The position numbers and the translations under genes are program-made. The notes below the pieces were generated by a model. That model did not search any database, was not told the DNA's origin, and was given only the letters and a program-made list of their open reading frames with translations. From NCBI GenBank assembly GCA_037046735.1, contig JBAOHC010000027.1, positions 268,307 to 332,306 of the forward strand: a DNA stretch of 64,000 nucleotides, in the 5' to 3' direction. The DNA is from Candidatus Nanopelagicales bacterium. GTDB taxonomy: Bacteria > Actinomycetota > Actinomycetes > S36-B12 > UBA10799. Of the stretch, positions 40,461 to 48,916 are shown one piece after another; position 1 is the stretch's first letter, and each line of letters begins with the position of its first letter.

Positions 40461-40477
40461 ATACCCCACAGGGGTAT
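40461..40477. promoter_or_regulatory. ATACCCC-ACA-GGGGTAT palindrome overlapping a TATAGT/TAAACT -10-like box
   Basis: Perfect 7+7 inverted repeat, 36 nt upstream of the Cys-rich miniprotein start. From memory it resembles the TACCC...GGGTA operators of CsoR/RicR-type copper repressors. Confidence 0.3.
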
Positions 40478-40512
40478 AGTAAACTGAAAGCCGACCCCGA
40501 GGAGAATCGCCC

Positions 40513-40683
40513 GTGTGCCATCAGACGACCTGCAAGTTGTGCAAGAAGAAGACGTGGGCCGGATGCGGACAGCACAAGAACGAGGTTCTGCGCGGCGTCC
40601 CGAAGGACCAACGGTGCCGGTGCACGGCCGCCCAGCGCGAGGCTGCCCGCAAGAACACCTTCCTCGGCAGGCTGTTCGGGTAA
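40513..40683 (+). CDS. 56-aa cysteine-rich miniprotein
   Basis: A GGAG box lies about 8 nt upstream of the GTG. Product is VCHQTTCKLCKKKTWAGCGQHKNEVLRGVPKDQRCRCTAAQREAARKNTFLGRLFG (6 Cys, 2 His). Not in the ORF track (under 60 aa). Confidence 0.55.
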   Translation: MCHQTTCKLCKKKTWAGCGQHKNEVLRGVPKDQRCRCTAAQREAARKNTFLGRLFG

Positions 40684-40707
40684 CTCTGCGCCGCCTGGGC
40701 CCGCACG

Positions 40708-40778
40708 CGGTTTCCGACAGGAAGTTCAGTTTCCGCCAAGACGCTCATAGCGGAAACTGAACGAATTGTCGTGAACCG
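40708..40778. repeat. ~71-nt imperfect palindromic hairpin element, copy 1 (terminator-like)
   Basis: Inner perfect 13-bp stem GTTCAGTTTCCGC/GCGGAAACTGAAC with a 13-nt loop, plus an imperfect outer stem. Begins about 25 nt after the miniprotein stop (inner stem about 40 nt after), between convergent genes. Confidence 0.75.
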
Positions 40779-40952
40779 CCCGTTCACTGAAGCCATGACC
40801 TACGGTTGACCAGCCCTTCTGCCGATGGTCATCATGTGCGCAGGACTTTGGTGACACTCGCATTGGCGCTGGGGGTCGGGCTCGGGGGCACATTGGACGT
40901 GGTCGGACCGCTGTGCGGCTCGATGTTCGGCGATGTCCGGGCCTGAGTCTCA

Positions 40953-41557
40953 CTAGACCGGATCCAGTGGGGCCCCGGGGCCGAAGTAGGCCAACGACGC
41001 CTGCACAGACTGCAGTTGCCGCAGGGATCGTCGTGCATTCTGGGCCGGAACCACCCGGGAGATGCTGCGGGAGTAGCAATACGTCGGACCCGAGGCCAAG
41101 GAGTAGTCGTAGGACAGCACGCCGCGCATCGGGGTGCCGTTCGCGACGCCACTGACCTGTACCCGGCGCTGGAAGTACATCGGGCCGTAGGCGGACTCCG
41201 GCAGTTGCACGACTGGGGAGGCCCGCAACCGTACCCGGCGCCAGTTGGCCCGCAGCGACTGTCGCAGCGTCGCCAGCTGCTGACCGAAGTACGCAGTGAC
41301 CGATCCCTGCGCCGTCGCAGCACTTGCGCACACAATCGAACTGAAGCCGTAGTCCATCGTCATCTGCCCGTCCCCCGACGAGATGGTGATCCCATAGGCG
41401 CCGTCGGCGGACACCCAGTTCCGCGGCCCCGCCCACGACCAGAACTGCGAGTTCTGATGGGTGATCGATCGCGGGGGCAGTTCCCGGGCTGGCGCGGGCG
41501 CACCCGGTATAAAAGCAGGCCAGCGACTGCCACACCCGCCACCACTTTGGTCAACAT
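40953..41557 (-). CDS. secreted hypothetical protein, interrupted at the A4 run 41511-41514
   Basis: The signal anchor MLTKVVAGVAVAGLL (ATG 41557) joins IPGAPAPARELPPRSITHQNSQFWSW... and ORF 40953..41414 if one base is added. No family recognised. Confidence 0.5.
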
Positions 41558-41644
41558 CGCCTCAGAGTAGACCCAAGCGTTACCGAGGGGAAGGTCCATC
41601 CGGCCACAATGCACGCTCACGCCGACAACGGGCATCATTGATCC

Positions 41645-42293
41645 ATGAGTGGGCCGACCGTGCGACGGGTCGTGGTGATGTTCCTGGGGCTCACCATCGT
41701 CTCCGCCGGGATGACGCTGGTGTTCCTGAGCATGCGTGCCGTCATGGATATCGGCGGGACGTGCGCATCCGGTGGGCCCTACGCCATCACCACACCGTGC
41801 CCCGAGGGCGCTGCAGCTCTGCTGCCCCTGGGGATCATCGTGGGGCTGATCGGCCTCTGGATGTACGCAGTGACCTCGTCGAAGTTGCCGGGCCCGCGGC
41901 TCACCCTGCTCACGTGGTCGGCGTTGTTCCTCAGCCTGGGCTGGAACTTCTGGCAGTACGGGCTGAACCCACCGATGGCCGCGACGGGCGTCGTGTGGGG
42001 GTGGATCATCTGCGGCGTGGTGTTCGTCGCGATGGGCGCGTTCCCGCTCTTCGGGCTGTTCAACCGCGACGTCGCCAAGGCCCTCTTCTGGGCCGACAGC
42101 CCCAGTGAGAACCCGGTGGATCCCTACCCGCACGGCGTACATGCTCCCCTGCGGCACGCTCCGACCCCACCTGTCAGCTCTGAGGACTCGCTGCCCTGTC
42201 GCCCTGGAGCGCCTCGCCGCCCTGCACAGCAGCGGTGCCATCACCGATGCGGAGTTCGCCACAGCCAAACGCCGGATCCTGGAGGGGCAGTGA
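41645..42293 (+). CDS. 4-TM membrane protein with C-terminal SHOCT domain, frame change near 42191-42205
   Basis: ORF 41645 encodes the TM segments. The C-terminus ALERLAALHSSGAITDAEFATAKRRILEGQ (SHOCT-like) is in ORF 42105..42293. Confidence 0.6.
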
Positions 42294-42397
42294 CCAACTC
42301 GAACACCACCAAGGCCGCGATGGCCATCGTCCAACTCATCGCGATCCTCGTCGGGATCGGCGTTGGCCTGTGGGTCTTTCAGCTGGTCACCGGCTGA
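42290..42397 (+). CDS. candidate small single-TM protein
   Basis: GTGA overlap with the SHOCT gene stop. Product is VTNSNTTKAAMAIVQLIAILVGIGVGLWVFQLVTG. Confidence 0.35.
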   Translation: MTNSNTTKAAMAIVQLIAILVGIGVGLWVFQLVTG

Positions 42398-42439
42398 AAG
42401 ACGGGCCGAGGTTGTCGCCGCTTTGGCCAGCCGCGAAGC

Positions 42440-42509
42440 CTGTTTACGACCGTTGGTTCAGTTTCCGCACTGAGCCTCACAGCGGGAACTGACCAACGGT
42501 CGTAAACAG
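42440..42509. repeat. ~70-nt palindromic hairpin element, copy 2 (terminator-like)
   Basis: 29-nt left arm CTGTTTACGACCGTTGGTTCAGTTTCCGC pairs with GCGGGAACTGACCAACGGTCGTAAACAG around a 13-nt loop. The inner arm is identical to copy 1 and the outer arm matches at about 10/16 positions. Confidence 0.8.
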
Positions 42510-42553
42510 CGTTCGGGAGCCCGGAGTAAACTTCTCACCAGGAGGATCACCTC

Positions 42554-42736
42554 GTGAGGACACAGGAGCAGCGCAGCGTGGTCGCCGCGCGGTGCCCACT
42601 CAGATCAGGCGAACCCTGCACGCTATGCCATCCCGACGCCCGGACAGGTCCGCAGGACTGCCCGACAGTCGCCCTGGTCATGGATGATGAACAGATGCGC
42701 GAGGAGTTCGCGAAGTACCGGCGCGAGCACCGCTGA
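42554..42736 (+). CDS. 60-aa cysteine-containing small protein
   Basis: AGGAGG upstream of the GTG. Product is MRTQEQRSVVAARCPLRSGEPCTLCHPDARTGPQDCPTVALVMDDEQMREEFAKYRREHR. Looks like a conserved actinobacterial small protein, but I cannot name the family with confidence. Confidence 0.5.
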   Translation: MRTQEQRSVVAARCPLRSGEPCTLCHPDARTGPQDCPTVALVMDDEQMREEFAKYRREHR

Positions 42737-42742
42737 CCCGCC

Positions 42743-45028
42743 CTATGGCACCGCTGTCACCGCACTCAAGGCCGGACCCTGGAAGGTCACGTTGAGTTCG
42801 TTCACGGGCTTCTGCCAGCTGAAGTCGAACGGCGCCGAGTTGCTGCCGTAGTACCCGGAAGGCCAGCCCTTGCCGGACAGGGTGGGGACCGGCCAGTTGT
42901 TGCCATAGGCATTGGCCGTCGGGCTGCCGTTCGCGGAGTTGACCTTGAGCCCGGGCAGGCTGATGGTCGGTGATGCCGTGCAGCCGAACTGAGTGGGCAC
43001 CGCCGGTGTTCCATCCAGAGTGACCATGTCCGCCATGTTGGCCGGCGTCACGGTTCCCAGCGCGACGGCCTGGCTGCCCCCCGCAGAGGCCGCCTGGATG
43101 GACACCGGCTGGTTGGCGGCATTGGGCGCCAGATAGGGCATGTTGATGCCGTCGGTCGCGCTGGACACCGACTCCTCGATGTAGGTCGGCTGGCCGTCGG
43201 CTGTGACCCCGAAGAAGTTCACCAACCAGTCAGCGTCCTGCGGCAGCTGACCGGAGGTGTTCGTCGGGGTATTCGTCAGCGTGCTCTGTTCAACCGTGGT
43301 CGGCGCCCCGCTACCAAAGGGGGTCGTGAGCGTGGCTGTCATCTGCGAAAGGTCGCAGCGCAGCGTGTAGTTGCCCGTCGAGTCCGCAGTGGCCGTCATG
43401 ATCGGCGGATTTCCCTCATTGAGCAGGCCGGCGCTGTACTGCGGATTCGTCAGGTAGCTGAGCTGGATGTACATCTCGCCAAGGGTCGTGTACTGGCACA
43501 GGTAGTCAGTTGGGTTGTATTGGCACTTCGCGGCGCCATCGGGGAACCCGGGATTCGGGCCGACGTACTGCATCAGCCCGTCCTGGAAGGTGGCAGAGCC
43601 ACCCGTGTACGTCCCCGACGACGCATTCGGTGAGACCATCGGCGCGGGCATACCACCGTTCCAGTAGTACACCGCGTTGGTCTGCGCGCCGAGCGCCTGC
43701 TGCAACGTACCGGTGATGAACCCGCTGCTCGGGGTGTCGGTGAATGCGCCCTGGTTGCCCGCGGCGGGGCTACCCGCCCAGGTGTTGGTCGGCGGCAGGA
43801 CAGCCTGGCTGGGGTCTGACACCCCGTTCGTCCCGAAGCCCGTCACCACCGAACTCACACCGAACAACTGCGGGTACTGGGCGGTGTTGTTGCAGGTGTC
43901 CACCTTCAAGCCGGTGAAGAAGGATACGAGGAACTTCACAGTGGCCGCGGCGATCGCCCCCACTGCCCCTGCCTGCGAGTAGGTACTGCCCTCACCGAGC
44001 GCGTTGACGGCCGACTGTCCGGCCGCGTTGGCAGAGTTCACGAGATCGGTGGTCAACGTGCCCTGTGTACCCGGCGCGTTCAGCCCCTCCTCGGCGCCGA
44101 ACAGGCCGGCTGGGTAGTCCACCGTGAGTGGGAAGAACGGCGGCTGGATGTACGTGAACACCGCCGAGTCGCCGGCGTTCACTGTCTCCTGTGTGGCAGG
44201 CGGCGGCGCATTGGTCGTCGAACCATAGTCCGCCGCGTACAAGCACTGGATCACCGGCTGAACCGTGATCTGCTGCTGAAATGGCGTGTTGTTCTGGACG
44301 TAGACGAGGTTGAAGTACGGCGTGTCGGGAGTGGACGCCAATGTGGCGTTCGCCTGGTCGGCGCCCTGCGCGACCGACCGCCGGAGCACGCGCCGCTGAG
44401 CGATCGCGGCCGCCGTCGCCTGCTGCACGGTGCGCTTGGACCATTGCCCCTTCACCAGCTGGCCGGCGCTGATCTGGGTCAGTTCGTGCGCCGAACCACC
44501 GCGCTTGGTGTCCTTGCGGTGGGTTACCGAGACCGCGACCGCAGCCCGGCGGCCCGAGAATGACCGCTCCCGAAGCTGTTTGGACACCTTCGCGGACAGA
44601 GGCACCTTCAGGGTCATCACACCCGATCGCTCGACCTTGCGGGTGGTGTGGGCGCGGGCGAGCAGTGCCCTGTCGGTGAGGACCTCGACAGACCGCGGCT
44701 TCTTGACCTGGCTGTACTTCTTCTTGGCGACCGCCACCCGCAGGCGCAGCCGATCCTGGGTGTGAGCGCGCTTGGTACTGCTCCGCTTGGGGTCCACATA
44801 GACCTTGGCCACCACGGTCAACCTGCCCCGTTTGCCGCCGGCGAGGTAGGGGAACTGCACCCATTGCGGCGGCAGGCCGGCCCGCGCGGTGCGGTTGGCC
44901 GCTGGCACCGGTTGCGCGTCAGCACTGACGTGTGCACCTGGCGCCGGTTCGGCGGCCAGCACCAGCGGCGCCGGTAGCACAGCCACGGCAGTGGCCAACG
45001 ATGCAAGGACTGAAACGGTGCGGATCAT
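42743..45028 (-). CDS. large secreted protein of unknown function (basic N-terminal region, N/Q/S/T/G/aromatic-rich C-terminal about 520 aa)
   Basis: Signal peptide MIRTVSVLASLATAVAVLPAPLVLAAEP from ATG 45028. Uninterrupted 761-aa frame. No recognisable domain motifs. Confidence 0.7.
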   Translation of the reverse strand: MIRTVSVLASLATAVAVLPAPLVLAAEPAPGAHVSADAQPVPAANRTARAGLPPQWVQFPYLAGGKRGRLTVVAKVYVDPKRSSTKRAHTQDRLRLRVAVAKKKYSQVKKPRSVEVLTDRALLARAHTTRKVERSGVMTLKVPLSAKVSKQLRERSFSGRRAAVAVSVTHRKDTKRGGSAHELTQISAGQLVKGQWSKRTVQQATAAAIAQRRVLRRSVAQGADQANATLASTPDTPYFNLVYVQNNTPFQQQITVQPVIQCLYAADYGSTTNAPPPATQETVNAGDSAVFTYIQPPFFPLTVDYPAGLFGAEEGLNAPGTQGTLTTDLVNSANAAGQSAVNALGEGSTYSQAGAVGAIAAATVKFLVSFFTGLKVDTCNNTAQYPQLFGVSSVVTGFGTNGVSDPSQAVLPPTNTWAGSPAAGNQGAFTDTPSSGFITGTLQQALGAQTNAVYYWNGGMPAPMVSPNASSGTYTGGSATFQDGLMQYVGPNPGFPDGAAKCQYNPTDYLCQYTTLGEMYIQLSYLTNPQYSAGLLNEGNPPIMTATADSTGNYTLRCDLSQMTATLTTPFGSGAPTTVEQSTLTNTPTNTSGQLPQDADWLVNFFGVTADGQPTYIEESVSSATDGINMPYLAPNAANQPVSIQAASAGGSQAVALGTVTPANMADMVTLDGTPAVPTQFGCTASPTISLPGLKVNSANGSPTANAYGNNWPVPTLSGKGWPSGYYGSNSAPFDFSWQKPVNELNVTFQGPALSAVTAVP

Positions 45029-45317
45029 GGCGCTCCATCGGGCTTGTGCAGGCAGGCTACAGCCCTGCGTGGTCAAAGTCGATCATGTGGTCTCCGCCCA
45101 CTCCGACGCCAGCGTCGAGCCCGTGGTTCCCTACGCCGCACCTGGCATTGCCCCTCCAGGAATTCCGGTTTCGTGCCGATGAAGTCCCTGACGCGGACGG
45201 AACCGCCACCGCCCCTGGCAACGAGGTGATGACCATGGACCATTTCGGCCCCGGCAGTGCCCGCCCTGCATCTTCCGCCGCGCCTGCTGCAGGTCGTGGC
45301 TCCGTCACAGGTGGGCG

Positions 45318-46736
45318 ATGGGCGTATGGCTCGGCGGGGTGGCGTGCCTGGTGGTGATGCTGTTGCCGGTGGGGTCGCCCGAACGCGTGATGCTCATTCA
45401 CGCGACAAGCTTCGTCGCAGTTGTGGTGTTCCTCATCGCGATCCTGCGCATGCCGCGCGCAGTACGAGTTGTCTGGTGGTGGCTCTGGGCCTTCTTGGTG
45501 CTGACCGTCGCCGGGGATGCGGTGTACGACATGTACCTCTACTACTTTGACAAGGAGCCATTCCCCAGCCCCGCCGATGTCCTTTACCTCGCGTCCTACG
45601 GCGCCCTGGTCTCGGCGCTGGTGGTTCTGGTCCGCCGACGGCAGCCCGGCCACAATCGCGAGACCTGGGTGGACACCGCCGTCATGACCGTGGCAGCGGG
45701 CTGTGTGGTGGCCACCGTCGTGATCATGCCCATGCTGACGGAGTCGGCCGCTCCGCTGGTGACGACCCTCATCGCGCTGGCCTACCCTCTGCTGGATGTG
45801 ATCGCCTTGTCCGTGCTGATCCGGATGCTGGTCGGCGTGGACAAGATGAACCGAACCTTGGGGCTACTGACCGTGTCGCTGGCCTGCATGCTCACCGCCG
45901 ATCTCGTCTTCCAAAGTCTCGCGGCGCAGGGCGTGGTGGCGGATGCACCGGCCTGGGTGGACGTCTTGTTCCTCGCCTCATCACTGCTGCTGACGGCTGC
46001 GGCCACGTCGCGTGGGGCAAGGACCATCACCCGGCCGAGCCCCACGAGTCACCGCACCAAGGCCCGCCTCATCGGCCTCGCGGTGGCCGCGTTGACCGCC
46101 CCCACGCTGCTGGCCTTCTCCGTGTGGAGTGAGGTGGGCTCGGGTGCGCGGCTGCTGGCGGTGGCCTCCATCGCTGTCATCCTGTTGATCCTTTGGGGGG
46201 CTCTGATGCTGATCTCCATGGTGGAGGAACAGGCCGCACTGCTTGCCGAACTGGCCCGCAAGGACAGCCTGACCGGGCTGCCGAACCGTCGTACCTGGGA
46301 TTTCGAACTCGACCGGATGGCCGTGCGCACCGCGGAGAGGGATGTTCCGCTCACCGTGGCCATGCTCGACCTCGATCACTTCAAGGCCTACAACGACCGC
46401 CACGGACATCCCGCGGGTGACACCCTGCTGTCCGACTGTGCCCGTGCCTGGCGTTCCTGCCTCGATCCGCACCTGGTGCTGGCCCGCTATGGCGGTGAGG
46501 AGTTCGCCGCGTTGCTTCCTGACCTGACGCTGCAGGGCGCCTGTTCGGTTCTCAATCAACTCCGCCTGGCCACTCCGGGCGAACAGACCGTGTCCATCGG
46601 CTGCGCGCAACGGGTGCCCGGGGAGCCGATCGAGCAGACCCTGCACCGAGCGGACCTCGCCCTGTACCAGGCCAAGGCCAGCGGCCGGGACATCGTCGTG
46701 GCTTACGAATGGGATGAGGTCGAGGTGCGCGGCTAG
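45318..46736 (+). CDS. membrane-anchored diguanylate cyclase (GGDEF domain)
   Basis: About 8 N-terminal TM helices. DSLTGLPNRR, LDLDHFKAYND and RYGGEEFAALL. Confidence 0.85.
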   Translation: MGVWLGGVACLVVMLLPVGSPERVMLIHATSFVAVVVFLIAILRMPRAVRVVWWWLWAFLVLTVAGDAVYDMYLYYFDKEPFPSPADVLYLASYGALVSALVVLVRRRQPGHNRETWVDTAVMTVAAGCVVATVVIMPMLTESAAPLVTTLIALAYPLLDVIALSVLIRMLVGVDKMNRTLGLLTVSLACMLTADLVFQSLAAQGVVADAPAWVDVLFLASSLLLTAAATSRGARTITRPSPTSHRTKARLIGLAVAALTAPTLLAFSVWSEVGSGARLLAVASIAVILLILWGALMLISMVEEQAALLAELARKDSLTGLPNRRTWDFELDRMAVRTAERDVPLTVAMLDLDHFKAYNDRHGHPAGDTLLSDCARAWRSCLDPHLVLARYGGEEFAALLPDLTLQGACSVLNQLRLATPGEQTVSIGCAQRVPGEPIEQTLHRADLALYQAKASGRDIVVAYEWDEVEVRG

Positions 46737-47782
46737 GGCCGCAGCATCACCTTGAGGGCAGTGCGGTCATCCATCGCTGCGTAGGCGTCGGGTGTCTGTT
46801 CCAGATCCAGGGTCAGATCGAAGACGCGGCCCGGATCGACCTGGCCCGTGAGAACCCCCGGCAGCAGTTCCTCGATGTAGGCGCGCACCGGCGCCGGGCC
46901 TCCGGTGAGAGTGATGTTGGGACCGAACAGGCTGCCGAAACCGACCGGCGCATCCTGGTACTGCGGGACACCGACCCGGCTGATCACGCCGCCGGGCCGG
47001 ACGATCCCGACCGCCTGCTCGTACGCGGGCATGTGACCGACTGCCTCGAGCACGATGGGGCTGCCGCCGGCGGTGATCTCGCGCACCTTCGCGATGCCCT
47101 CAATGCCGCGCTCGGCCACCACGTCGGTGGCACCGAATTCCCGGCCGAGGTCGGTGCGCACTGGGTACCGGCCCATCAGGACGATCTGCTCCGCACCGAG
47201 TTGCTTGGCGCAGAGCACAGCCAGCAGCCCGACCGCCCCGTCGCCAATCACAGTCACCGTGGCACCGGGTGTCACGCCGCCCCTCACGGCGGCGTGCCAG
47301 CCCGTGCCGTAGACGTCAGACAGCGTGAGCAGGCTCGCCAGCAGGGTTTCATCGGTATCGGCGTCGACGCCGGGCACGGCGACCAACGTGCCATCGGCGA
47401 GCGGGACGCGCACCGCTTGCGCCTGGCCGCCAGCAGTCCCCAGACGCGGATCACCCCAGAACCCGCCATTCACGCACGACGTCTGCAGACCCGCCCGACA
47501 GAACTCGCAGTGACCGCAGGAGACCGCGAACGGTGCGATGACGAAGTCACCGGGGCGCACCGTCGTCACCTCCTCGCCTGTCTGCTCCACCACCCCGATG
47601 AACTCATGTCCCATCGGTGAACCGTTGGTTGAGGTCGGCTTCGAATGGTAGGGATGCAGATCACTGCCGCACACGCAGGAACGCACCACCTGCACGACTG
47701 CATCGGTCGATTCCTGCAAAGTCGGATCGGGGGCGTCGATCACGCGGACATCGCCCGCGCCGTACATGTATGTCGCTCGCAT
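46733..47782 (-). CDS. zinc-dependent alcohol dehydrogenase (MDR family)
   Basis: CGSDLHPY, GHEFIGVVE, and the structural Zn Cys cluster CGHCEFC. Confidence 0.85.
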   Translation of the reverse strand: MRATYMYGAGDVRVIDAPDPTLQESTDAVVQVVRSCVCGSDLHPYHSKPTSTNGSPMGHEFIGVVEQTGEEVTTVRPGDFVIAPFAVSCGHCEFCRAGLQTSCVNGGFWGDPRLGTAGGQAQAVRVPLADGTLVAVPGVDADTDETLLASLLTLSDVYGTGWHAAVRGGVTPGATVTVIGDGAVGLLAVLCAKQLGAEQIVLMGRYPVRTDLGREFGATDVVAERGIEGIAKVREITAGGSPIVLEAVGHMPAYEQAVGIVRPGGVISRVGVPQYQDAPVGFGSLFGPNITLTGGPAPVRAYIEELLPGVLTGQVDPGRVFDLTLDLEQTPDAYAAMDDRTALKVMLRP

Positions 47783-48245
47783 GACACCAGTTAACGCCAG
47801 ATGTCATAGAAGGCCATTCGGCGCCGACACGTGCCGAGATGGCCATGCCATGCGCGGGCCCCCCATGGTGGATCTTCGGCGGGCCACTCAGTGCGGTTTG
47901 GCAAGGATGGCGAGGATGCAGCGCAGCCAGTGACGATGGGCCGGAACCGGGCAGACCGCCGGGGGTTCTGCAACGTCACGTTGGGCAAGGCCTACCCATC
48001 GGCACACGGCCCGAGGCCCGCCACCCGACCGTCGGCGATTCCGCAAAGCACAACACCTGCTGGTCACACAGGGCATCACATTGCAGCTGGCGATTGCCGG
48101 TGAGGACCCCCGATCGACGAGGTCCTCAGCTTGCTGGCACGAGTGGTGATCAGCGATCTCGACTCATTACCGGTGTTGGCTGTCCGCCGGTGTTGGGTCG
48201 CGATCGGGGGGTAGCGTTGCTGACGTCGAACCCTGAGGAGAATCC

Positions 48246-48824
48246 ATGTCCGACGACAACAACCCCCAATCCGCCGACACCGAACTGACCGTGGACGCGA
48301 TGGCCGTCACCGACGGGGCATACTCCCTGATCGTGGCCGATTTCGACGACGTCGATGCGGCATGGGAAGCCTACGAGTCACTCAAGTCGGTCGAGGACGG
48401 CAGGTCGGTGGAGATCGAGGCCGTGGTGGTCGTCACCAAGGATGAGGACGGCAAACTCCATGTCCAGAAGGCCACTGATCACAGCACTCGTCGGGGCCTC
48501 GGTTGGGGCGTTGTCGGCGGAGTCGTGCTCGGCGTGGTCTTCCCGCCATCGATCCTGGCTAGCGCCGCCGTCTTGGGCGTCGGTGGGGCAGCCGTGGGCA
48601 AGGCCCGGGAACTGCATCACAAGAGCGAGCTCGCCGAGGAGTTGCAGTACTCGATCGATCCTGGGCACTCCGGACTGATTGCCTTGGTGTCCGATCCGGG
48701 CGTGGTCGAGATCCGCAAGGCGATGGACAAGGCCAACCGGATCGTGCAGTCAGCAGTGGACAAGGTTGCCACCGAGGACATCAAAGCAACTGCCAAAGAG
48801 GTGGCGTCCGAGCCAGAAGACTGA
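48246..48824 (+). CDS. DUF1269 domain membrane protein
   Basis: LIVADFDDVDAAWEAYESLK, the glycine-zipper TM GLGWGVVGGVVLGVVF, and a second soluble repeat. Confidence 0.75.
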   Translation: MSDDNNPQSADTELTVDAMAVTDGAYSLIVADFDDVDAAWEAYESLKSVEDGRSVEIEAVVVVTKDEDGKLHVQKATDHSTRRGLGWGVVGGVVLGVVFPPSILASAAVLGVGGAAVGKARELHHKSELAEELQYSIDPGHSGLIALVSDPGVVEIRKAMDKANRIVQSAVDKVATEDIKATAKEVASEPED

Positions 48825-48916
48825 TCCGGTAGCCGTCCGTGCTGACTCGATGAGCAATTGGGCAGAAGGTGCTGCGACACGCCGCGAGGAATCGCGACAA
48901 GTGCCGAATCGCCTTC

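Noticed and set aside
48205-48240. tRNA-like T-arm resemblance (GTCGAACCC) before the DUF1269 gene.
   Set aside because: No acceptor stem, D-arm or anticodon arm can be built around it.
47783-48245. ORFs 47831..48103 and 47839..48288 in the gap between the ADH and DUF1269 genes, plus a short hairpin TGAGGACC...GGTCCTCA.
   Set aside because: The translations are featureless and Arg/Pro/Gly-rich, and no RBS is evident. The hairpin is only 8 bp.
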